From Candidatus Altiarchaeota archaeon (GTDB lineage Archaea; Altiarchaeota; Altiarchaeia; IMC4; QMZM01), in NCBI GenBank assembly GCA_030633595.1, contig DAOVSE010000012.1, positions 1-22,189 of the forward strand: a stretch of DNA of 22,189 nucleotides, in the 5' to 3' direction. Shown piece after piece: positions 16,608-22,189 of this stretch. The notes beneath the pieces are model-generated. The model saw nothing but the letters and a program-made list of their open reading frames with translations, had not been told where the DNA came from and ran no database searches. Every line of letters begins with the position of its first letter. Position 1 is the first letter of the stretch. The position numbers and the translations under genes were made by a program.

Positions 16608-17147
16608 ATGAGCATTAAAAGCTTTTTTCGCGGCAAGAAAATTGATGTGCCAGAGAAGGTCAAAAAAGAGCTCATCCCAGGGGAAAAGGTTCTCCATTCG
16701 GTCAGACAGGCAAGGATAGAACAACTGATCACACCCGACTCAATTATAGTAACCACTGAGCGAGTAATGATAAGGAGACCAAAGCTCTTTGGGTTTGCCG
16801 CCAGCAACAAGGATTTCAGGTACTCCGATATGGGGAACGTAACCGTTCACAGGGGCATACTTAACTCAACCGTCGAAGTAAAGATGAGATTCCTCTCCCA
16901 TGATCTGATATTGAGAGCAATACCCAACGAAGAAGCCCCCGGCATCTCCAGCACGATACATAAAGGCATAGACGGCAGGTTCGAGGGCATGGATGGAGAT
17001 GAGTCCAGAAAATATAGAATTCCCAGGATGGAAACTAAGAGAGAAAGTACTGATGTAGATCTACTGAAAATTCTCAAGCTGAGATACGTGAAGGGGGAGA
17101 TAACAAGAGAAGAATACGAGAGGATGAAGAGAGACATCACGAGATGA
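16608..17147 (+). CDS. Bacterial-type PH domain (bPH_2/YdbT-like) protein with C-terminal SHOCT domain
   Basis: Core EKVLHSVRQARIEQLITPDSIIVTTERVMIRRPKLFGF...VEVKMRF resembles DUF304/bPH_2. C-terminal LLKILKLRYVKGEITREEYERMKRDI is a SHOCT-like motif. The track start at 16488 reads through the aroA duplicate and is rejected. First plausible ATG is 16608. Confidence 0.65.
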   Translation: MSIKSFFRGKKIDVPEKVKKELIPGEKVLHSVRQARIEQLITPDSIIVTTERVMIRRPKLFGFAASNKDFRYSDMGNVTVHRGILNSTVEVKMRFLSHDLILRAIPNEEAPGISSTIHKGIDGRFEGMDGDESRKYRIPRMETKRESTDVDLLKILKLRYVKGEITREEYERMKRDITR

Positions 17148-17577
17148 TTCGCTTAAATCTCATAATTATCGCATCCTCGCCATCCGAGTAGTAATTTTTA
17201 ATGATACCCTCCTTTTTAAACCCTACGCTTTGATAAAATTTTAAGGCAGATCTATTACCTATTCTGACCTGCACATCCACCTCTTCCGTAGATTTCAAGC
17301 AATCTAAAATTTCATTAATTAATCTACTTCCGATGCCTTTTCTTCTAAATTCTGGTGAAACAGCTAATGAAATAACAACGCCCTTTCTCCCCATTGCTAT
17401 GCCGATAACATAACCAACAACCACTCCATCTTTTTGGGCAACCAGAAATCCATCAGGGTTCATCAATAAGTGATAAAGGAAGACAGATTCAGTATAGGGA
17501 CATTTAAAAGATCTCCTTTCAATATCAACAACTTTCCCCAGATCCCCCTGAGTGCATTTCCTTATCCTGATTTTCAC
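17137..17577 (-). CDS. rimI: GNAT-family N-acetyltransferase, RimI-like (ribosomal-protein/N-terminal acetyltransferase)
   Basis: 146 aa. Acetyl-CoA-binding motif RRKGIGSRLINEILD (Q/RxxGxG/A). Overall RimI-like layout. Confidence 0.8.
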   Translation of the reverse strand: MKIRIRKCTQGDLGKVVDIERRSFKCPYTESVFLYHLLMNPDGFLVAQKDGVVVGYVIGIAMGRKGVVISLAVSPEFRRKGIGSRLINEILDCLKSTEEVDVQVRIGNRSALKFYQSVGFKKEGIIKNYYSDGEDAIIMRFKRIIS

Positions 17578-17599
17578 GGTTTATTTTGCATTCATAACT

Positions 17600-17968
17600 T
17601 TTTCTCTAATACAATCCCAGTCGGGATTCCGTGATTGAAGAGGCTCTCGTAGTTGTCTTTCAGCCATTCATAGTAATCATCTTCTGTATATCTACAAAAT
17701 CATTGGGAATTTCCATCTCTCTTTCTTCGAATTCTTCATCTGGAAATTCTCCTCAACTTATAATCCACATCATACCCATCAACAAAACCGAATTCCTGTA
17801 TGCTGCTCAGTTTATAATATGTCTCTCCAGGATAAAGCGAATTTTCCTCTTTAACACATTCCTCTGCTTTTCTCCACGCTTCTTTCATATTTCTACAAAC
17901 AAATAATCGTCTATCCAAAAGCCGTATTCGCCACAGATTATGTTTATTAGTACTTCGTATATTTTCAT
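17600..17968 (-). pseudogene. Fragmented coding region between trpS and rimI: ORF pieces in three frames (MKIYEVLINIICGEYGFWIDDYLFVEI / MKEAWRKAEECVKEENSLYPGETYYKLSSIQEFGFVDGYDVDYKLRRISR / EFEEREMEIPNDFVDIQKMITMNG). Possible frameshift-decayed gene or one or two genuine small proteins
   Basis: Protein-like composition continues across two apparent frameshifts on the minus strand. The longest piece, 17736..17888, has an ATG start. The track's 17918 start is a TTG. The plus-strand ORF 17631..17906 looks like antisense noise. Confidence 0.25.
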
Positions 17969-17974
17969 TCTAAT

Positions 17975-19066
17975 TCACCCCTTCAAGATTCCATCAACGA
18001 CGTCCCTGGCTTTTTCCCTCCTCTCCTGATGCTTCCTGAGGAAATCGACCGTTACTTCCGCACATATTGCCTTGCACTCTCCGCATATTCTCTTTCCAGA
18101 GGTGCAATCCTCGTATATTTTTTTCAATTCCCGATCATCATCAATCAGGTGATAGAGGAAGAGATCATAGATCATGCACCCCTCCGGAATTCCGCCTTTC
18201 TTTCTCTGTTCGTTTACCGTAGCCCTGCCGCCCGTTTTCGAGTTCATTATCTTTTTTATCGCGTCCTTTGGATCATCTGTCAATGCGATATAAGACTTCG
18301 GATCAGAGGAGCTCATCTTCCCGCCCTGTAGACCACCCATGAATTTATGATATGTTGATGATGGTAGAATAAAGCGAAACTCTGTCTGGAATCTCGATGC
18401 AAGGTCCCTTGTTAATCTCAGATGTGGGTCCTGGTCCGCCCCTACGGGAACAACGGTTGGTCTCGGACCCCCGAATTCGTCCAATTGTGGATGCAGGATA
18501 TCGGCAGCCTGAGTTATTACCGAAAATATCTTTCTGGGAGCCATATCACCGTAAATTCCATTCAATTCATTGAAGGTTACCTTTCTCGATAACATGTCCC
18601 TCAGGCGATAATATGGAGTAACGTAGTCGGTTTGAAACCAGAATCTCAGATTCTTTTCCTTGAGCCCTAAAGCTACATAATTTGTCAGGTATTCCTCTAC
18701 GGCAATATTTCTCGACGTTTTGAGATCCATGCCCCTGACCAGATAAGCCTCGAGATCTGCACTGCATAGAAAGATCTCAGCTCCAAGCCCCTGGTAAAAG
18801 ATGATCTGATCCGCGACCATTTTGTGGCCGAAATGAAACTTCCCGGAGGGCATCAGACCGGTCATCATTACAAAGCTCTCTCTCTTCTGAATCGCATTCA
18901 TTATCTTATCGAAATCCCTGTGCCCGAAGATAATTCCCCTTCGAATATACCTGTTCTCAAAGAGGCTTTTTCTGAATTTTTCAAATGACTCAATACCAAA
19001 TTCATCAAAGAGGTTCTTGTAATTTTTTATATCCTCGATACCCCACGGATCTATTCTTGGGTTCAT
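17975..19066 (-). CDS. trpS: Tryptophanyl-tRNA synthetase, archaeal/eukaryotic type
   Basis: N-terminal IDPWGIED...IFGHRDFDKIM then TGLMPSGKFHFGHKMV (HIGH-type) and KMSSSDPKSYI (KMSKS) motifs. C-terminal Cys cluster (CGECKAICAEV). The track start at 19210 adds 48 low-complexity residues. The Met at 19066 (MNPRIDPWG) is preferred. Confidence 0.9.
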   Translation of the reverse strand: MNPRIDPWGIEDIKNYKNLFDEFGIESFEKFRKSLFENRYIRRGIIFGHRDFDKIMNAIQKRESFVMMTGLMPSGKFHFGHKMVADQIIFYQGLGAEIFLCSADLEAYLVRGMDLKTSRNIAVEEYLTNYVALGLKEKNLRFWFQTDYVTPYYRLRDMLSRKVTFNELNGIYGDMAPRKIFSVITQAADILHPQLDEFGGPRPTVVPVGADQDPHLRLTRDLASRFQTEFRFILPSSTYHKFMGGLQGGKMSSSDPKSYIALTDDPKDAIKKIMNSKTGGRATVNEQRKKGGIPEGCMIYDLFLYHLIDDDRELKKIYEDCTSGKRICGECKAICAEVTVDFLRKHQERREKARDVVDGILKG

Positions 19067-19111
19067 TTTTGATAAGATATTATATGATTGGTAGGTAATA
19101 TTTAATGTAAT

Positions 19112-19939
19112 ATGCCTCATTCCATTAAACTGCAGGAAGGTGAGATAGAGAGACTGAAGGGCCTTATAAAGGAAAATAGATTGCAAAAGATCCCCGTAAA
19201 GAGCGAACATGAGCTCTTCAGGGTAGGTGGGATTATACTCTACAAATCCGGGAAGCTGGTTTATGATGAAAACCCGGAGACGGGAAAAATTATCGACGAG
19301 ATCCTAAAGACTGATCACAGTTATGACTACGTGCTCGGAACGGATGAAGCCGGGAAGGGGGAATGGTACGGTCCCCTTGTTGTGGAGTGTGTCGCTCTAA
19401 AGCCCCGGGAGATTGTTGAACTGAGAAAAATGGGGGTCATGGACAGCAAAAAACTAACGAAGAAAAGATTGCTAAAACTCGGGGGTGAATTACGCAGGCT
19501 AGAATTCACAAGAAAGCCCCTCATACTGATGCCGGAAACATACAACAGGAGCTACAGAAAATTTCAGGCAGAGGGGAAAACACTGAACGATTTAATGGCT
19601 TGGGCCCACGCTAGGGCGATAAAGGATCTTGTTGCCGAACTGGAATACGAAAACCTAAAGATCATAATAGACAAATTTGATGTCAAGAAGACCGAATTCA
19701 GACTTAGCGATCTGGATAAAACCGGGGTGAAGGTAATCCAGAAAATCAGGGGTGAGTCAGAGATTCCAGTTGCTACGGCGAGTATACTTGCAAAGTACAT
19801 CTTCGAGAAGCAGGTTGATGAGCTAAATAGGAGATTTAATATGGATCTGAGAAAATCAAGACCGGAGGATGTTCCGGGGGAGATACTTTCAATGGTTTCA
19901 AAGCTTCACTTCAAGAATGTTAGACGGGTCATTGAGTGA
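19112..19939 (+). CDS. rnhC: Type 2 RNase H of the RNase HIII kind (N-terminal TBP-like substrate-binding domain plus RNase HII/HIII catalytic domain)
   Basis: Catalytic motifs GTDEAGKGEWYGPLVV (DEAG), GVMDSKKLTKKRL (DSK) and VATASILAKY. The two-residue insertion KGEWYGP matches the HIII pattern KGDYFGP. The 75-aa N-terminal extension contains ILYKSGKLVY, resembling the RNase HIII N-domain motif (TxYKSGKxxFQG). Confidence 0.65.
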   Translation: MPHSIKLQEGEIERLKGLIKENRLQKIPVKSEHELFRVGGIILYKSGKLVYDENPETGKIIDEILKTDHSYDYVLGTDEAGKGEWYGPLVVECVALKPREIVELRKMGVMDSKKLTKKRLLKLGGELRRLEFTRKPLILMPETYNRSYRKFQAEGKTLNDLMAWAHARAIKDLVAELEYENLKIIIDKFDVKKTEFRLSDLDKTGVKVIQKIRGESEIPVATASILAKYIFEKQVDELNRRFNMDLRKSRPEDVPGEILSMVSKLHFKNVRRVIE

Positions 19940-19991
19940 TCACTTCCTGCTCGTCTTTTTCTCGTATCGCCCCCACATGGAGTTCCATTCC
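19938..19991. repeat. Direct repeat copy 1 (54 bp): a duplicate of the 3' end of the mazG-like gene, encoding ...EWNSMWGRYEKKTSRK* on the minus strand
   Basis: 50 of 54 nt identical to 20667..20720. First 31 nt identical (gatcacttcctgctcgtctttttctcgtatc). Abuts and overlaps the rnhC stop codon (tgatca). Confidence 0.85.
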
Positions 19992-20119
19992 TTGTTAGTG
20001 TTGAGTTCTAAAAGAAAAGGAGTTCACAAAAGGCAATTTTGTTGAAATAATTTCTAAGAAAAGGAGTTATAGCTATCTTCTTAGTTCTTCATATTTTTCT
20101 CTGCTAAGCTTTATTTGTT

Positions 20120-20299
20120 TTAGATTTCTCTCAGGAGACCCTTACTTAATTTCTCATTACCGTGCACAGGAACTACGGTTCTTCTGCCGTCTGAATGAAT
20201 GTATCTTACGTGACTGCCTTTTTTATGAACCCTTTGAAAGCCTAAGTTCTCAAGAAGTTTGCATAAATCCCTGCCAGAAACAGGCACAAGTTTGCTCAT
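20120..20299 (-). CDS. hicA: HicA-family toxin (mRNA interferase), 59 aa
   Basis: Unlisted ORF MSKLVPVSGRDLCKLLENLGFQRVHKKGSHVRYIHSDGRRTVVPVHGNEKLSKGLLREI with the HicA hallmarks (KGSHxxxxH, TVPxH, LxxGLLRxI). ATGA overlap with the upstream hicB stop. Confidence 0.8.
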   Translation of the reverse strand: MSKLVPVSGRDLCKLLENLGFQRVHKKGSHVRYIHSDGRRTVVPVHGNEKLSKGLLREI

Positions 20300-20520
20300 G
20301 CCATTACCTCAACTCGCTGCACTCCAACAAATTTCATTGGATGAATCTCTATCTTTTCTGCCTCCAGACATGCATCAATTGCCTCTTTGATTCTATCTAG
20401 AACCTGAGTTATGGTTTTTCCCTGAGTATAGCACCCCGGAATATCAGGCACTGTAGCCACATATATCCCACCCTCATCCTGTTCAATCAAAACCGTGAAA
20501 TTAAGTATTTTTTTCTCCAT
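20296..20520 (-). CDS. hicB: HicB-family antitoxin (UPF0150 RNase-H-fold partner of HicA), short form without DNA-binding domain
   Basis: MEKKILNFTVLIEQDEGGIYVATVPDIPGCYTQGKTITQVLDRIKEAIDACLE matches the HicB/UPF0150 pattern (YxVxIEqDEdGgYvaxvPdlPGCxTqGdT). The internal Met at 20520 is preferred over the track start at 20571. A TATA-like element lies at 20544-20554. Confidence 0.8.
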   Translation of the reverse strand: MEKKILNFTVLIEQDEGGIYVATVPDIPGCYTQGKTITQVLDRIKEAIDACLEAEKIEIHPMKFVGVQRVEVMA

Positions 20521-20543
20521 ACCGTAGGTCATATCAGATTCCA

Positions 20544-20554
20544 GATATAAATAT
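20544..20554 (-). promoter_or_regulatory. Putative TATA box for the hicB-hicA cassette (atatttatatc on the minus strand)
   Basis: About 29 nt upstream of the hicB ATG at 20520 on the minus strand, consistent with leaderless archaeal promoter geometry. Confidence 0.35.
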
Positions 20555-20666
20555 CCGTCGGCTGAAGCCAACGGTTTTCAGTTAATAAAGATCTTCCCCA
20601 AAGAGATTCCTCACTAAATCGGGTTTATCAATTTGTTAGACAAATAGTAATCGAAGCATTTAAATC

Positions 20667-20720
20667 GATCACTTCCTGCTCGTCTTTTTCTCGTATCTGT
20701 CCCACATGGAGTTCCACTCC
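20667..20720. repeat. Direct repeat copy 2 (54 bp): the authentic 3' end of the mazG-like gene
   Basis: See copy 1. Flanks the 675-bp hicBA segment on the other side. Confidence 0.85.
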
Positions 20721-20968
20721 CCTTTTAGATCTATGTCGAATTTGTTCGCCAGTTTTAGGGTCAGATATAAAAGATCCGTCAATTCCTCTGCAAGCTCCTT
20801 CTTATCGAATTTCTCTATCTTGTACCCATCAAAGCGCAGAATCCTTCTGGATATTTCTCCGAGTTCTTCACTCATATGCAAGGCTATATGCGAGGCTTTG
20901 TCCTTGTCCCAGCCGTATTTTTTATCATATTCTGAGACCTGCTTCTGGAGATCGGTTAAATTTGCCAT
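20669..20968 (-). CDS. MazG-like nucleoside triphosphate pyrophosphohydrolase domain protein (small all-alpha NTP-PPase)
   Basis: 99 aa. EExxE motif (HMSEELGEISRR) followed by an acidic ExxD helix (ELAEELTDLLY), typical of MazG/HisE-type NTP-PPases. Confidence 0.65.
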   Translation of the reverse strand: MANLTDLQKQVSEYDKKYGWDKDKASHIALHMSEELGEISRRILRFDGYKIEKFDKKELAEELTDLLYLTLKLANKFDIDLKGEWNSMWDRYEKKTSRK

Positions 20969-20987
20969 AATGATAATTAGTTAAGAC

Positions 20988-22189
20988 ATGAAAATAAAAC
21001 CACCGGAGCTGGAACACTCGGTAGGAATGGAGCTCTATAAGTCAGATACAGAGGGGATTGGCGGAAAAATTAAGCAAGTTCCGGAGGACTTTGTTGTTGA
21101 GGAGGTAACCCCCGATGAAAAGCCTTTGGAAGTTGACAAGGATATCGGATTTAATAAGGGAGAGCTGGGGGAATACCTGCATTTTACATTGCAGAAGTAC
21201 AACTGGGATACGATACGTGCATTAAAGGTTATCTCGAACAGATTGAATGTAAGCAGGAAGAGATTTGGCTTCGCCGGAACCAAGGATAAAAGGGCTTTGA
21301 CAACACAGAGGGTTTCTGTCTGGGATACGAAAGTTGAAGGGTTGCAGAAGATACGACTGAAGGACATAACCCTGAGGGATTTCAGCTATGCAGATGAAAG
21401 GATAAACCTAGGCGACCTCTGGGGTAACAGATTTATAGTAACTGTCAGAAAAATTGACCTATTAGAGAATTCAATAGACAAACGAATAAATTTAGTAATG
21501 GATGAGCTCGACTCCGGAATACCGAATTTCTTCGGCGTGCAGCGCTTCGGAACCGTGAGGCCGATAACGCATCAGGTTGGGGAGTGGATATTGAGGAGGG
21601 ACTTCAAGAGAGCCGTTATGGTTTATCTTTCGGCGGTCTATGAGAAAGAAAGCGAGGAAAGCAGGGAGGCCAGGAGAGTTCTATCAGAGACGGAGGATTT
21701 CAAAGAGGCCCTGAAGAGATTTCCAAAGCACCTTGGATATGAGAGCTCTATGCTGAATCATCTGGCTAAAAATCCGACGGATTATATCGGTGCATTGAGA
21801 GAATTACCCAAGAAATTGAGGTGGATGTTCGTCCACGCCTATCAGGCTTATATTTTTAATAAGACATTGAGTGAGTACATGCGAAAAGAAATCGAAGTGG
21901 AAAAGCTCCCCCTTGCAGGTTCAGAAATTGAGTTGGATGAGATCACAGCGAGGATTCTCAAGGAAAAAGAAATTTCCCAGAAGAACTTCAAAATAGAGGA
22001 GATGCCGGAATTAAGCTCCAAGGGGATGTATAGGGACTGCTTTATGTATATAAAAGGCTTCGAGGTTGTAAGTACAGGTAAGGACGAATTAAACGAGGGA
22101 AAGAGAAAAGCAGCCATCAGATTCTCTCTTTTAAAAGGGAGCTATGCGACCACAGTTCTGCGTGAAATAATGAAAAACGAGTACTGGTA
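20988..22189 (+). CDS. truD: tRNA pseudouridine(13) synthase TruD/Pus7 family, 3'-partial (runs off the window end)
   Basis: Long plus-strand ORF missing from the ORF track because it has no stop in the window. Motifs EGIGGKIKQVPEDFVVEEV, FGFAGTKDKRALTTQRV (catalytic GxKD), PNFFGVQRFG and KGSYATTVLRE are TruD hallmarks. Alternative start at 21027. Confidence 0.9.
   Translation, partial: MKIKPPELEHSVGMELYKSDTEGIGGKIKQVPEDFVVEEVTPDEKPLEVDKDIGFNKGELGEYLHFTLQKYNWDTIRALKVISNRLNVSRKRFGFAGTKDKRALTTQRVSVWDTKVEGLQKIRLKDITLRDFSYADERINLGDLWGNRFIVTVRKIDLLENSIDKRINLVMDELDSGIPNFFGVQRFGTVRPITHQVGEWILRRDFKRAVMVYLSAVYEKESEESREARRVLSETEDFKEALKRFPKHLGYESSMLNHLAKNPTDYIGALRELPKKLRWMFVHAYQAYIFNKTLSEYMRKEIEVEKLPLAGSEIELDEITARILKEKEISQKNFKIEEMPELSSKGMYRDCFMYIKGFEVVSTGKDELNEGKRKAAIRFSLLKGSYATTVLREIMKNEYW

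Noticed and set aside
16383-16724. Minus-strand ORF 16383..16724 (113 aa) and the N-terminal 40 codons of plus ORF 16488..17147
   Set aside because: Both are read-through artefacts across the aroA-5' duplicate and promoter region. Only the embedded 18-aa aroA-like stretch is meaningful, as a repeat not a gene. The PH/SHOCT gene more plausibly starts at the ATG at 16608 behind a TATA box.
17975-19210. Long N-terminal extension of trpS (start 19210) and plus ORF 18029..18331, minus ORF 18567..18767
   Set aside because: The first 48 residues are low-complexity (FLYKALQSLYLTFLQF), lack archaeal TrpRS homology and would overlap the divergent rnhC start. Met at 19066 matches the conserved TrpRS N-terminus. 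Other ORFs are antisense/out-of-frame shadows.
19327-19800. Minus ORFs 19327..19545 and 19564..19800
   Set aside because: Antisense to the RNase HIII-like gene. S/F-rich.
21035-22117. Minus ORFs 21035..21367 and 21848..22117
   Set aside because: Antisense to the strongly supported truD gene.
1-22189. CRISPR arrays, IS elements/transposases, integrase genes, rRNA/tRNA genes
   Set aside because: No short regularly spaced repeats, no transposase/integrase-like ORFs, and no tRNA-like GTTCRANYC T-loop in any intergenic gap. The only mobile-element signature is the repeat-flanked hicBA cassette.

Overview
The coding signatures indicate an AT-rich archaeal chromosomal segment: an archaeal/eukaryotic-type TrpRS, TruD, a split class I fumarase and a GlpA/NOX/DUF1667 module. 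It is densely coded with short intergenic gaps and overlapping start/stop codons, and the promoters look leaderless. No tRNA, rRNA, CRISPR, IS or integrase signature is visible. From left to right the window holds a cell-envelope cluster, shikimate genes aroC and aroA, the fumA/fumB pair split by an inverted three-gene redox operon, a CaCA antiporter, a PH+SHOCT protein, rimI, trpS, an RNase HIII-like gene, a MazG-like gene and a 3'-truncated truD. The envelope cluster comprises an acidic Cys-rich surface protein, an AUR1/PAP2-like membrane protein and a GT-C glycosyltransferase. Two things stand out. First, a plus-strand membrane operon at 4519-8037 encodes a tiny 2-TM protein, an SPFH/band-7 protein, a 98-aa unknown and a large protein fusing an Mrr-like restriction-endonuclease-fold N-domain to a C-terminal PAP2 phosphatase membrane domain. 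It is a candidate undescribed membrane-anchored stress/defence module. Second, a minimal hicB-hicA toxin-antitoxin cassette lies between two 54-bp direct repeats. The repeats duplicate the 3' end of the mazG-like gene, which is the signature of a site-specific insertion. The HicA gene is 59 aa and absent from the ORF track. Further oddities are a degenerate duplicate of the aroA 5' coding end in the aroA promoter region beside a perfect 19-bp palindrome, a frame-fragmented coding remnant between trpS and rimI, and the truD gene, which the ORF track missed because it runs off the window.
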